Positions 10,255-20,609 of a DNA stretch of 64,000 nt are shown in pieces. Source of the stretch: Clostridiaceae bacterium (lineage in GTDB: Bacteria > Bacillota > Clostridia > Saccharofermentanales > DTU023). The stretch's first letter is position 1, and each line of letters begins with the position of its first letter. Where the stretch lies: assembly GCA_012838795.1 (NCBI GenBank), contig DUOO01000033.1, forward strand, positions 64,058 to 128,057, in the 5' to 3' direction. Under the pieces are notes generated by a model that was given only the letters and a program-made list of their open reading frames with translations, ran no database searches and was not told the origin of the DNA. Both the position numbers and the translations under genes were made by a program.

Positions 10255-11400
10255 ATGGCAAAACGTCGTAAACAAGCAAAAGGTAAACAGATTTCCAAAC
10301 CTCAATCCGAAACGGAACGCCAAGAAGCATTGAGGATTGCTTTAGCAAAAATTGAGAAAGAAATGGGCAAGGGTGCAGTCATGCTCTTGGGTGATGACGA
10401 TTATGATTTAGAGATTGAAACTGTGCCGACAGGTGCTTTGTCTTTAGATCTTGCCTTAGGTATCGGCGGCCTGCCGAAAGGAAGAGTTATCGAAATTTTC
10501 GGACCTGAATCATCAGGTAAAACAACCGTCGCTCTTCATGTAATTGCAGAAGCTCAAAAAGCCGGAGGAATTGCTGCCTTTGTAGATGCTGAACATGCTC
10601 TTGATCCGACTTATGCAGAAAGAATCGGTGTAGATATTGATAATTTAATCATTTCTCAACCGGATAACGGTGAAGAAGCTTTAGAAGTAGCGGAAGCTTT
10701 AGCCAGAAGCGGAGCGATTGATGTCATAGTTGTTGATTCGGTTGCCGCTTTAGTTCCACGTTCTGAAATTGAAGGTGAAATGGGTGATGCAACAATGGGC
10801 GTACAAGCCAGATTGATGTCTCAAGCCTTACGCAAATTATCCGGTGTGCTGCATAAATCAAATACAATGATAATATTTATTAATCAATTACGAGAAAAAA
10901 TCGGAATTATGTTCGGTAATCCGGAAACTACAACCGGTGGTCGAGCTCTTAAGTTTTATGCATCGGTCAGACTTGATATCAGAAAGATTGAAACACTGCG
11001 TGACGGACAGGATATAATCGGTTCGCGGACAAGAGCTAAAGTAGTTAAAAATAAAGTTGCCCCGCCGTTCAAGGAAGCTGAATTTGACATTATTTACGGA
11101 GAAGGTATTTCTCAAGAAGGATGTATTTTAGATTTAGCTACAGATATTGATATTATAAATAAAAGCGGGTCATGGTATTCCTACGGTGATACAAGAATAG
11201 GTCAAGGCAGAGATAATGCCCGTCAATGGTTGGTTGATAATCCGGAAATTATGGCTGAAATTGATGCCAAAGTTCGAGAATATTACGAACCGGAAGAAGA
11301 TGATGATTCGGAAGTTATAGAACAAGATCAAATCAAAGATGTAAAGGATATGAAAGATTTTGATAACCTGGACGAGTTGCTGAATTTGGACTTGGAATAA
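10255..11400 (+). CDS. recA: Recombinase RecA
   Basis: [16 protein letters not shown] Walker [12 protein letters not shown] and [10 protein letters not shown] motifs. Strong AGGAGG RBS. 381 aa, with a basic N-terminal and an acidic C-terminal extension. Confidence 0.97.
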   Translation: MAKRRKQAKGKQISKPQSETERQEALRIALAKIEKEMGKGAVMLLGDDDYDLEIETVPTGALSLDLALGIGGLPKGRVIEIFGPESSGKTTVALHVIAEAQKAGGIAAFVDAEHALDPTYAERIGVDIDNLIISQPDNGEEALEVAEALARSGAIDVIVVDSVAALVPRSEIEGEMGDATMGVQARLMSQALRKLSGVLHKSNTMIIFINQLREKIGIMFGNPETTTGGRALKFYASVRLDIRKIETLRDGQDIIGSRTRAKVVKNKVAPPFKEAEFDIIYGEGISQEGCILDLATDIDIINKSGSWYSYGDTRIGQGRDNARQWLVDNPEIMAEIDAKVREYYEPEEDDDSEVIEQDQIKDVKDMKDFDNLDELLNLDLE

Positions 11401-11547
11401 TTAATTGATGAAATTTTCACATAGAATCTAATCTGTTGATAATCTATGAGAATAATTGAAACTGTATAAAAAACTGAACATATCAGTGAACGAGTTGAAT
11501 TATTTTACACATAATATCAACAAAAGAAAACTGGAAACAACAAAATA

Positions 11548-12144
11548 ATGAACCAAGAAGAATCTTATCAAAAGCGTTTAGCCAAAGCACAGGAAATAGT
11601 TTCACAACTCCATAAGAATTTTCCGAAAAAAGGAAAGAATCAAGCCTCTGATGTTTCCACCAAGCATCAAGAGGCTTATTTTACTCTGCGGCAGCGAGCA
11701 ATAAAATATATAGGTATCGATCGGGGCAGGTCTTATGGTCAAGTCAAAAAGATTTTAGAAAATTCTTTTCCGGAAGAAGCCACAGAAAATCCTCAGCTGA
11801 TCGATCTGGTTATTCAAGATTTAATAGATGAGCAATATTTAGACGAATATTTATGCGGCAGAAGAATAATCAAGAGACATTCCGGACGTGCTCAAAAATC
11901 AAAAGAATATATCAGACAATTGATGTTGCGCCAAGGCATCGGTGAACGGACGATAACGGACTTGCTTTTAGAAATTGAAGATGATCGAATAACTGCTGAA
12001 GCATATAGAATAATCAAGCAAGCAGAATGGGAAATATCCAATCCGGAGAAGGTAATGCGTCATCTTTCCTCCAGAGGATATTCTACTGGTATCTGTCGAG
12101 AAATTGTGCGAAAATGGTTAAATGAAATCAGAACTGAGAAATAA
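11548..12144 (+). CDS. recX: RecX-like regulatory protein
   Basis: 198-aa helical, basic ORF immediately downstream of recA. The call rests on position and size, with only weak sequence recall. Confidence 0.5.
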   Translation: MNQEESYQKRLAKAQEIVSQLHKNFPKKGKNQASDVSTKHQEAYFTLRQRAIKYIGIDRGRSYGQVKKILENSFPEEATENPQLIDLVIQDLIDEQYLDEYLCGRRIIKRHSGRAQKSKEYIRQLMLRQGIGERTITDLLLEIEDDRITAEAYRIIKQAEWEISNPEKVMRHLSSRGYSTGICREIVRKWLNEIRTEK

Positions 12145-13495
12145 TTTTTACATATTGTCCCTGGGATGTCCGAAGAATGAAGTAGATGCTGAATCAATGA
12201 GTTATGCATTACGTAAGGCGTCTTTCATTTTTGTCGATGATCCGAGTATGGCAAATTTTTTAATAGTAAATACTTGCGGTTTCATTGAACCTGCTAAAGA
12301 AGAAGCAATTGCAGCAATTTTGGATTTGGCGGAAATTAAAGAATATAATTTAAATAAAAATAAACCTGCTTTCCTGATTGTAACCGGATGTTTGGGACAG
12401 AGATATGCGATGGAAATATATCAGGAATTTCCGGAAGTCGATTTAGTATTAGGAACGGCACAATATGATCTTATTGTCAGTTCCGTTCAACGTCTTCACC
12501 GAGGTGAAATCTTACGTGATACTTTACCGGGAAAACCGGGCAGTATTAAACATTTATATCAAGGAGAGCAAGCTGCGTCAGATAGATCATATGCCTATTT
12601 GAAAATTGCGGAAGGTTGTTCTAACCGTTGTGCTTTTTGTGCAATTCCCGGCATCAGAGGCCCTTTACTTTCAAGACCGCTTGAAGATGTTGTTGCGGAA
12701 GCTGCAGTTTTGACTGAACGAGGCTTTAAAGAGATTATTTTGATAGCGCAAGATACTACGCGCTATGGTCAAGATATTTATGGAGAACCTCGTCTAACGG
12801 AACTCTTACAAAGGTTGATTAAGATTCCCGGTATCGGATTAATTCGCTTAATGTATGTTTATGGTGATGTCTTTTCGGATCGGCTGATTGACTTTATTGC
12901 AGAGCATCCGCAGGTTGCGGCATACATAGATTTGCCGATTCAGCATGCATCAGATAAGATTTTGAAATCTATGGGCAGGAGAGATACCAATAAACATTTA
13001 AGAGAATTGATTGCCAAATTGCGCTCAAAGATACATAATTTGATTATCAGAACAACAGTATTGGTCGGTTTCCCGGGTGAAACTGAGGAAGATTTTGCTG
13101 AATTGAAGCAATTTATCAAAGAAATCAGATTTGATCGATTAGGTTGTTTTGTTTTTTCGCCGGAAGAAGGTACCAGGGCTTATAAAATGCCTGATTTGCC
13201 ATCCCGGGAAATTGCTGAGGCACGACATGATCAAATAATGAGTTTACAGAAGACAATTTCTTTGGCCAAAAACCAAGAGCGGATAGGGAAGACCTATGAT
13301 GTTCTGCTTGAAGATATCAGTTCGGACGGATTATTTTATATAGGACGTAGTTATGGAGAGGCACCGGGAATAGATCCGAGTATATATGTTTTAGCCCAAG
13401 CTGCGGACATTAATATCGGGGATGTTATCAAGGTGAAGATTATTGATACAGATGATTATGATTTGACAGGAGTGAGTGTTCATGAATTTACCTAA
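12122..13495 (+). CDS. rimO: Ribosomal protein S12 methylthiotransferase RimO (radical SAM)
   Basis: N-terminal SLGCPKNEVDAE, radical-SAM CSNRCAFC and a C-terminal TRAM domain. Conserved rimO-pgsA adjacency. Confidence 0.85.
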   Translation: MKSELRNNFYILSLGCPKNEVDAESMSYALRKASFIFVDDPSMANFLIVNTCGFIEPAKEEAIAAILDLAEIKEYNLNKNKPAFLIVTGCLGQRYAMEIYQEFPEVDLVLGTAQYDLIVSSVQRLHRGEILRDTLPGKPGSIKHLYQGEQAASDRSYAYLKIAEGCSNRCAFCAIPGIRGPLLSRPLEDVVAEAAVLTERGFKEIILIAQDTTRYGQDIYGEPRLTELLQRLIKIPGIGLIRLMYVYGDVFSDRLIDFIAEHPQVAAYIDLPIQHASDKILKSMGRRDTNKHLRELIAKLRSKIHNLIIRTTVLVGFPGETEEDFAELKQFIKEIRFDRLGCFVFSPEEGTRAYKMPDLPSREIAEARHDQIMSLQKTISLAKNQERIGKTYDVLLEDISSDGLFYIGRSYGEAPGIDPSIYVLAQAADINIGDVIKVKIIDTDDYDLTGVSVHEFT

Positions 13496-14078
13496 TCGTT
13501 TAACAATTTTGAGGATGATTCTCGTACCGTTTATTATTTTATTTATGCTGCCAATTAACGGTTGGACTTTTTGGAATGAATTTATTGCAAGTCAAACGGC
13601 ACATATTATAGCTTTAGTACTGTTTTGCATCGCTTCATTGACTGATTTTCTTGATGGTCATATTTCGCGAAAATATAATCTAGTTACCAATATGGGAAAA
13701 TTTTTAGATCCGATCGCTGATAAACTATTGGTTATTTCAACCTTTGTTGCCCTGGTTCAACTCAACAGGATACATTCGTTTGTTGTAGTTATAGTTCTGG
13801 TACGCGAATTGGTAGTAACCGGACTTAGACTGTTAGCAGTAGAACAGGGGAAAGTCATTGCTGCAGGTCCGTTGGGGAAAGCCAAAACGACAACCCAAAT
13901 CATTGCGATAATCTGGTTAATGCTTGAACCTATTTTCTACAAGGTCAGCCCTGCAGCTGCGGCATCCCAAACGTTGAAAATAATCGGTGACATTTTAGTT
14001 TTGCTTTCCTTAATATTAACTTTAGTCAGCGGTTTAGATTATTTAGTTAAAAACAAACAGATTTTAAAACAAGCGTAA
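13482..14078 (+). CDS. pgsA: CDP-diacylglycerol--glycerol-3-phosphate 3-phosphatidyltransferase
   Basis: NLPNRLTILR and DFLDGHISRK...DPIADKL (CDP-alcohol phosphatidyltransferase motif). The ATG at 13482 with an AGGAG RBS is preferred over the GTG at 13476. Confidence 0.9.
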   Translation: MNLPNRLTILRMILVPFIILFMLPINGWTFWNEFIASQTAHIIALVLFCIASLTDFLDGHISRKYNLVTNMGKFLDPIADKLLVISTFVALVQLNRIHSFVVVIVLVRELVVTGLRLLAVEQGKVIAAGPLGKAKTTTQIIAIIWLMLEPIFYKVSPAAAASQTLKIIGDILVLLSLILTLVSGLDYLVKNKQILKQA

Positions 14079-14364
14079 TTTTATGAATATCTCCACGACA
14101 TTAAAGAAAACACTTAAATTTATTTCATGGATTAATATGTCGTCAATAAGCGAGATTCGAGAATTAACAGATTAAGTTAATTTAATCTATCCTGCCATAT
14201 TTTGAATATTAAAGGGTTAACAGACAGGTTAAGCTATTTTTAACTAATTCCACAATATTTTGAAGATTTAACAATTAACTTTTAATAAACTTGACACATT
14301 CGATTTTTTTGTTTACAAATATATTCGTAATAATAATATAAATATTAAAAATGTGGAGGTTATT

Positions 14365-14607
14365 ATGTCTACTGAAGATATTTTTGAACAGGTAAAGCAA
14401 TTATTAGTTGATCAATTAGGTGTAGATGAAGATTCTATTTCAATGGATTCGGATTTTATTGATGATTTAAATGCCGATTCATTAGATATTGTTGATTTGA
14501 TTATTACTTTAGAATCTGAATATGATATTTCTATTCCTGATGAAGATGCACAACGTTTGAAAACCGTTGGCGATGCGGTAGATTTCATCGTTGAAAATGC
14601 TGAATAA
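14365..14607 (+). CDS. acpP: Acyl carrier protein
   Basis: About 80 aa and acidic, with the [11 protein letters not shown] phosphopantetheine-attachment motif. GGAGG RBS precedes the ATG at 14365. Confidence 0.9.
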   Translation: MSTEDIFEQVKQLLVDQLGVDEDSISMDSDFIDDLNADSLDIVDLIITLESEYDISIPDEDAQRLKTVGDAVDFIVENAE

Positions 14608-14705
14608 AGTATAACTATTGTCAATGCAAATGAACATGAATATATGTTTGTCAAATCAGGGATACTTTGGTATCCCTTTTTTCTGTGATTGGTCGGGGGA
14701 GCAAT

Positions 14706-15494
14706 ATGGAAAAACAAAGAAAGTTTTGTGAAAAAAATAAGATTATCGTTGAAAATGAAAAATTAATAAAATCCGCTTTGACTCATTCAACTTATGCTTA
14801 TGAAAACAGTGAAGAAGTCAAATATGATAATGAGCGTTTGGAATATTTAGGTGATGCAGTATTACAATTAACAATCAGTGATGCATTGTTCAATTTAAAA
14901 CCTGCAATGGATGAAGGTTTGATGACTAAGTACAGAGCATTGATTGTTTGTGAAGATACATTGGCTAAAGTTGCAGAAGATATTAATTTAGGCGAATATC
15001 TATATTTAGGTAAGGGTGAAGAAATGACCGGCGGTCGTGAGAAAGCTTCGAATCTTTCAAATGCTTTGGAAGCAGTTTTTGGTGCAATATATTTAGACCA
15101 AGGATTTACTTATGTTCAAACAAAAATAGTCGAATTGTTACAAAAATATATTAATCTGGCTGTTTCGGGTAGAATAATTTATGACTTCAAAAGCAGATTG
15201 TTGGAAATGGTTCAGGCAACTAAAGGTATCAGTACGATGAATTTTGAAATTATTGCTGAAGAAGGCCCGGTTCATGACAGAACATATACTGCTGCAGTTA
15301 ATGTAGATGAACAACAAGTTGCCACCGGACAAGGTACAAGTAAGAAACTGGCGGAACAAGCTGCAGCAAAACAGGCATTGCAATTATTATCCTGTGATGA
15401 AGATGGTTGTCAGATTATTTATGATATATCGGATTCACCGGAGTTTTCAGAAAATAATCAGGGAGATTTTATATCTTCTGATAAAAATAATTAG
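14706..15494 (+). CDS. rnc: Ribonuclease III
   Basis: ERLEYLGDAVL RNase III signature and a C-terminal dsRBD (GQGTSKKLAEQAAAKQAL). ATG at 14706 with a GGGGGAG RBS. Carries a ~35-aa acidic C-terminal tail. Confidence 0.92.
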   Translation: MEKQRKFCEKNKIIVENEKLIKSALTHSTYAYENSEEVKYDNERLEYLGDAVLQLTISDALFNLKPAMDEGLMTKYRALIVCEDTLAKVAEDINLGEYLYLGKGEEMTGGREKASNLSNALEAVFGAIYLDQGFTYVQTKIVELLQKYINLAVSGRIIYDFKSRLLEMVQATKGISTMNFEIIAEEGPVHDRTYTAAVNVDEQQVATGQGTSKKLAEQAAAKQALQLLSCDEDGCQIIYDISDSPEFSENNQGDFISSDKNN

Positions 15495-15512
15495 AAACAG
15501 GGTTTGTAACAG

Positions 15513-18500
15513 GTGTATCTAAAGTCCCTCAGCATGCAAGGATTTAAATCCTTCCCGGACCAAACATTAATTGAATTTCATCCGGGGATAACTGCAATAG
15601 TCGGACCGAACGGTTCCGGTAAATCTAATATAACCGATGCCATTCGTTGGGTATTAGGTGAGCAAAGTGTTAAGACTTTGCGTGGTTCACGCATGGAAGA
15701 TGTAATTTTTAACGGTACTGAAACCAGGCGTCAACTTGGATTTGCTGAAGTTACCATCACCTTTGATAATAAAGATCATCACATTCCTTTAGAGTATGAA
15801 ACGGTTGAGGTCACCAGACGTTATTATCGTTCGGGTGACAGTGAATATTTAATCAATAAAGTCCAATGCAGATTGAAAGATATTCGAGAATTATTTCTTG
15901 ATACAGGGATCGGTCGTGACGGATATTCGATCATCGGCCAGGGCAGAATTGATCAAATCTTGAGTGATAATTCGGAAGAAAGACGTAAAGTTTTTGATGA
16001 AGCAGCCGGAATAGTAAAATTCAAAATGCGTAAAAGAGACGCTGAGCGAAAACTTGAAAGGACAGAGCAGAATCTGGTTCGCATTGAAGACATTGTTCAA
16101 GAAATTGCTCAGCGACTTGATCCTCTGGAAAAACAAGCAGAGAAAACTAAAATTTATCAAAAACTTGCGCTTGAAATGCGCGATACTGATATTGGTTTAA
16201 CTCTTTATGATATTAAGCGTAATCAAGTTGAATATAAAAAAAGTGAACAGGTATCAAATGATTTTTCAGAAGATTTAAAATCTGCCAGAAATCTGTCACA
16301 AAAGCTGAAAAATGATTATGAGAAATTTGAACGTGATTTAGCCGAAATAGATCAGGAAATTGAAACAAGACGTTTACGGCAATCTGTACTGAATGCGGAC
16401 TTGGCAGAATTAGGCGAGAAAAGAGCGATTGCCAAAGAACGTAAGCGTTCTCTCAAACTCCAATTAGAATCCAATAGAGATCAACAGTCAGAGTTGAAAA
16501 TAGAAGAACGTTTATTGGATGGAGATCTTGAGCAAAAACAAATTCAGAGTGAAAAATTAGCTGAAGAGGTTGCAGAATTAACTGCAAGTTTTGAATCTGC
16601 TGCTAAAATTGTTGCTGATCAGGATCAAGAGTTAAATAAGCTCAATGATCAAATAGCTAAAATCAGTTATGAAATAAAACGAAATCAGGATGATATCTTT
16701 AATTTGAAGAATTCGACCACTTCATATGATAAAGAAATTTCTTTAGTTGCAGAACAAATCGCTTTGCTTGAAGATGAAATCGAAAACTTAAATGTAAAAA
16801 TGCTTGAACATCAAACCAAGCATCATGAAAACAGACAGTTATATCATTCAGAACAAAAATCTTTTGAGTCAACACACTCTGATTTGTTAAATGCTCGTCA
16901 TGAAGTAGAAAATATCAGAGCCAAGCTAACTGATTTGGATAAGACAAAACAGCAATTAACTAATGAGCTGAATAATTCTCAATATCGCTTAAAAACTTTA
17001 CAGGAACTTGAAGCCAGCAGAGAAGGATTTCATCATGCTGTAAAAGCCATTATGCAAAAAGCTGAAAATGAACATGAATTTGGCAAAGGTATACACGGCC
17101 CGTTGGCAGAATTAATCAATGTGCCGCACCAATATGAAAAAGCAATTGAAGTCACATTAGGAGCTGCTTTACATAATATTGTTACTTCTACTAAAGAAGA
17201 TGCTTCACGTATGATTGAATGGCTTAAACAAACAAAGTCCGGTCGTGAGACATTTTTACCGATGGATACAATCAAAGCTCGTCATGTTTCGGACCACGAT
17301 CTGAAACAAATTGAACAACACGCCGGCTTCTTAGGTATAGCATCAACAATAGTAGATTTTGCTGATGAATATACGGACATTATAGGACAGTTATTAGGCA
17401 GAGTAATTATTGCGAATAATCTGGAACAAGCGCTTAAAATTTCAGCTGTGATCCGACAAAAATATAAAATCGTGACTTTGGCTGGAGATGTAGTTCAGGT
17501 TGGCGGATCTATGACCGGCGGTCAAGATAAAAAGCAATCTCCGGGTCTGCTGCAGAGAAATCGTGAAATAGCGGATTATAAAAATATTGTAAGCGAATTG
17601 AATCAAAAAATTATCACTAATAATTCAGCTATAGAAAACAAGACTTCTGAACTGATTGCAAAAGCACAAATTCAAGCTGATTTGGAAAAAAAATATCTGG
17701 AAAAGGAAAAGTATCTCTACCAGCTGGAGACAATGACTGAACAGATTATGCACGAGCTGAAACAAGTTAAACAGGAACTGGATAATAAAACTGATAGTCA
17801 GAATAGATATCGGCTTCGAATGGCACAAGCAACGCAGAAAAAATTTGAAACAGATTCCGGTATTTCTAAAGCCGAACAAATACAAAGCAAATTATCTGAT
17901 AAATTAATGGATTTAGATCGATTGCAGTCAGCTGCAAATCAAAAGTTTCAAGAACTTCAAGATCAAATGATTGAATTGAACATTTCTTTGCAAACAAAGA
18001 AAGAATCTCAGGTGAATTTTGCTGCTTTAGCAGAACAGGCAATGCTTGATTTTTCAACGCAAAAAAACAGACAACGAGCTCTTGCCAAACAGACAGGAGA
18101 ATTGGAACATGAATTAGATACTCTCGCAGAACAAACTGTTGAATATGAAAACAGATACCAAAACATGGAAAGTGAGCTGACCGGTTTATTGGAAGATATC
18201 AATCATAAACAACTGGAAAGAAATCAAATTGAAAAACAACAACATGATCTTTTTGCGAAAGTAGAAATTCAAGCTGATCAAGTAGCGAATTTACAATTGC
18301 AATTGGAACGTTCTCGCCAAAGAACTGAGAGATTAGAGCAAAGTATAGCCTCAGCCAAAAACCATATTTGGGAGAATTATGAAATTACATATGTTGAGCT
18401 CAAACAAGAAGAATTTCCGATTGAAAACATTTCGGCAGCAAGAGAAACTTTGAAGCAGATACGGCAAGAGATCAGAGAATTGGGGCCGATTAATCCTAAT

Positions 18501-19091
18501 GCGATTGAAGAGTATAATGAAGTATACGAGCGCCATGATTTTATGATAACTCAAAAAGAAGATATCGAATCATCTAAAGCAAAACTGATCGATGTAATTC
18601 GTGATCTTGAAAATGCTATGGCAGAACAATTTATAGAAAATTTTGTTCAGATTAATCAAAACTTTAATGAAGTATTTTCTGCTCTTTTCACCGGAGGTGA
18701 AGCCGAATTAGATTTGGAAACTGCTGACCCTTTAACCGCCGGAATTATTATCAAGGCTCAACCACCGGGTAAAAGATTACAAAATTTGAGCTTGTTGTCA
18801 GGAGGTGAGAGATCATTAACCGCGATAGCCTTATTATTGGCAATTTTCAAATTAAGACCTGCTCCGTTCTGTGTCTTGGATGAGGTTGAATCTGCTTTAG
18901 ATGAAACCAACATCATCAGATTTACTGAATATCTCAAAAAATATACTGATGAATCACAATTTGTTTTGGTTACACATCGAAAAGGGACAATGGAAGCAGC
19001 TGAACGCTTATATGGTATAACGATGAAAGAACGTGGAGTATCCAAAGTTTTATCGCTTGAATTGACTGATGCTGATCAGATTAATGATTAG
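15513..19091 (+). CDS. smc: Chromosome partition protein SMC
   Basis: 1192 aa. N-terminal [13 protein letters not shown] Walker A, long coiled coils, a hinge, and C-terminal [16 protein letters not shown]...[12 protein letters not shown] start. Confidence 0.96.
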   Translation: MYLKSLSMQGFKSFPDQTLIEFHPGITAIVGPNGSGKSNITDAIRWVLGEQSVKTLRGSRMEDVIFNGTETRRQLGFAEVTITFDNKDHHIPLEYETVEVTRRYYRSGDSEYLINKVQCRLKDIRELFLDTGIGRDGYSIIGQGRIDQILSDNSEERRKVFDEAAGIVKFKMRKRDAERKLERTEQNLVRIEDIVQEIAQRLDPLEKQAEKTKIYQKLALEMRDTDIGLTLYDIKRNQVEYKKSEQVSNDFSEDLKSARNLSQKLKNDYEKFERDLAEIDQEIETRRLRQSVLNADLAELGEKRAIAKERKRSLKLQLESNRDQQSELKIEERLLDGDLEQKQIQSEKLAEEVAELTASFESAAKIVADQDQELNKLNDQIAKISYEIKRNQDDIFNLKNSTTSYDKEISLVAEQIALLEDEIENLNVKMLEHQTKHHENRQLYHSEQKSFESTHSDLLNARHEVENIRAKLTDLDKTKQQLTNELNNSQYRLKTLQELEASREGFHHAVKAIMQKAENEHEFGKGIHGPLAELINVPHQYEKAIEVTLGAALHNIVTSTKEDASRMIEWLKQTKSGRETFLPMDTIKARHVSDHDLKQIEQHAGFLGIASTIVDFADEYTDIIGQLLGRVIIANNLEQALKISAVIRQKYKIVTLAGDVVQVGGSMTGGQDKKQSPGLLQRNREIADYKNIVSELNQKIITNNSAIENKTSELIAKAQIQADLEKKYLEKEKYLYQLETMTEQIMHELKQVKQELDNKTDSQNRYRLRMAQATQKKFETDSGISKAEQIQSKLSDKLMDLDRLQSAANQKFQELQDQMIELNISLQTKKESQVNFAALAEQAMLDFSTQKNRQRALAKQTGELEHELDTLAEQTVEYENRYQNMESELTGLLEDINHKQLERNQIEKQQHDLFAKVEIQADQVANLQLQLERSRQRTERLEQSIASAKNHIWENYEITYVELKQEEFPIENISAARETLKQIRQEIRELGPINPNAIEEYNEVYERHDFMITQKEDIESSKAKLIDVIRDLENAMAEQFIENFVQINQNFNEVFSALFTGGEAELDLETADPLTAGIIIKAQPPGKRLQNLSLLSGGERSLTAIALLLAIFKLRPAPFCVLDEVESALDETNIIRFTEYLKKYTDESQFVLVTHRKGTMEAAERLYGITMKERGVSKVLSLELTDADQIND

Positions 19092-19278
19092 AGTAGTTTG
19101 ATGTTTTATCTTTGAAGCTCAATTTTTGTTTAGATGGATTATAATATAAAGAAGCTTTGCTAAACATTGATTTGTTAATTTGCAATTAAGTTAATGATAA
19201 TGATTATTCTGAAACATAAAATGAGATTAAGATAATTGAATAATACTGAGACATTATATGAAAGAGAGTTTAGAAGCT

Positions 19279-20208
19279 ATGAGTATTTTTGCAAAATTTA
19301 AAAAAGGCTTACAAAAAACCCGTGAGTTCGTTACCGAGAGTTTTAACAGAATTGCCGCTAACTTAGGTTATTTTGATGAAGATATGTTAGATGAGCTTGA
19401 AATGGTCTTAGTTCAAGCAGATTGCGGTATAGAATGCGCTACTGAGTTAACTGACAGTATCAGGGAACATATTAAACGCACAGGTGATTCGTCAGTGGAA
19501 ACAGTTCTTGAAGTTTTACGCAGCGGCATGTTGGACATGCTAAAAGATGTTCAACCTTTGGAATTAGATCCGAACAGACTTAATATTTTATTAATGGTCG
19601 GTGTTAACGGAACAGGGAAAACTACAACTTCCGGTAAATTAGCCAAACGTTATCGTGATCAAGGTAAGCGTGTACTGATGGCGGCAGCGGATACCTTTAG
19701 AGCGGCAGCAATTGAGCAAATTAAAGTATGGGGCGAAAGAACAGCCACAGCAGTTATTGCACACAAAACAGGTTCAGATCCGTCAGCTGTTGTTTTTGAT
19801 GCAATTGACGCGGCAAAAGCAAGAAATACCGATGTTTTAATAGTTGATACAGCAGGTCGTTTGCATACTAAACAAAATCTGATGGATGAATTGGCGAAGA
19901 TACGTCGTATAATTGGTCGTGAAGCACCTGAAGCAAACTTGGAAACCTTATTAGTTATTGATGCGACAACCGGTCAAAACGCAATTGTCCAAGCTAAAGC
20001 TTTTGCCGAGGCCACAGATGTAACCGGTTTAATCATCACGAAGCTTGACGGAAATGCTAAAGGCGGAGTTGCTCTGGCTGTAGTTAAAGAAACTGATCTT
20101 CCCGTAAAACTGGCAGGACTTGGTGAAAGTGAAGATGATTTGCAAGACTTTGACTCGGAAAATTTTGTTAATTCCTTATTACCGGATCCGGAATCTTTAA
20201 CAAAATAA
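19279..20208 (+). CDS. ftsY: Signal recognition particle receptor FtsY
   Basis: GVNGTGKTTT, DTAGR and TKLDG SRP-GTPase motifs. The N-terminus MSIFAKFKKGL resembles Firmicute FtsY starts. An alternative ATG lies at 19258. Confidence 0.93.
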   Translation: MSIFAKFKKGLQKTREFVTESFNRIAANLGYFDEDMLDELEMVLVQADCGIECATELTDSIREHIKRTGDSSVETVLEVLRSGMLDMLKDVQPLELDPNRLNILLMVGVNGTGKTTTSGKLAKRYRDQGKRVLMAAADTFRAAAIEQIKVWGERTATAVIAHKTGSDPSAVVFDAIDAAKARNTDVLIVDTAGRLHTKQNLMDELAKIRRIIGREAPEANLETLLVIDATTGQNAIVQAKAFAEATDVTGLIITKLDGNAKGGVALAVVKETDLPVKLAGLGESEDDLQDFDSENFVNSLLPDPESLTK

Positions 20209-20214
20209 TTAACA

Positions 20215-20560
20215 GGCAACGGCGACAACGTTGCAACTTATGCCTCAGAATTTTGGTAGTGTCAAAAAAGCCGGTACTGTGGTTCGCAACCAGCAGTACA
20301 TCCGCAGAAGCGTAAATTTTGGCACGTCGGGATTCATATCAGGATGTTCTGAGTCAAAAAAGCCGGCACTGCGGATCTGATCATACAGTGAACCCACACA
20401 ACCGTAATTATTGGCACACCACGGTCGAATCAAAATCAATCTATAGCAAAAACCGGAGTTGTTCGAAGAGCATGAACAATATTTAGAGGTACACCGTTAA
20501 AGGTATACCGTGAATTAGCCGGGTATCCTTAATAAATGTGTAATTACAAAATGATGCCTG
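20215..20560. other. GC-enriched, repeat-structured spacer with no convincing ORF (candidate structured RNA or DNA element, unassigned)
   Basis: Hand-counted G+C is about 45-50% over 20221-20400, versus visibly AT-rich neighbouring spacers. It contains three degenerate ~92-nt direct repeats, each retaining a hairpin (see findings). Confidence 0.4.
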
Positions 20561-20602
20561 TCAAGTTTTTTTGCTTGACAGATGTTTTAAAACTGTTATT
20601 CT
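20558..20602 (+). promoter_or_regulatory. Hairpin overlapping a candidate promoter for ylxM-ffh
   Basis: CTGTCAAG (20558-20565) pairs with CTTGACAG (20574-20581) around a T-rich loop. The 3' arm contains TTGACA (20575-20580), then a 16-nt spacer and TATTCT (20597-20602). Confidence 0.4.
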
Positions 20603-20609
20603 GTTATCT

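Noticed and set aside
15307-15522. 71-aa + ORF bridging rnc and smc
   Set aside because: It is an alternative frame of the rnc 3' end with no RBS. The rnc and smc calls explain the region.
20244-20310. tRNA-like fragments (CTCAGAATTTTGGTAG resembles a D-arm; TGGTTCGCAACCA resembles a T-arm)
   Set aside because: No cloverleaf can be drawn. The D-stem 3' half does not pair, there is no anticodon arm, and the T-loop lacks the invariant A58 position. At most it is a decayed or minihelix-like relic.
20240-20380. 46-aa + strand ORF (MPQNFGSVKKAGTVV...) inside the ftsY-ylxM spacer
   Set aside because: It has no Shine-Dalgarno sequence. The repeated 22-nt box falls in different reading frames in its two copies, so the conservation is not at protein level.
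20245-20439. 64-aa minus-strand ORF in the same spacer
   Set aside because: It is Trp/Cys-rich with an odd composition, has no RBS, is antisense to the operon direction, and is most simply a by-product of the GC-rich sequence.
20209-20570. Hypothesis that the spacer is SRP (4.5S/scRNA) RNA, given the flanking ftsY and ffh
   Set aside because: Neither strand contains the universal domain IV core (..GGUCCGGAAGGAAGCAGC..) or anything close to it. I also could not find RNase P (GAGGAAAGUCC), tmRNA or T-box cores.
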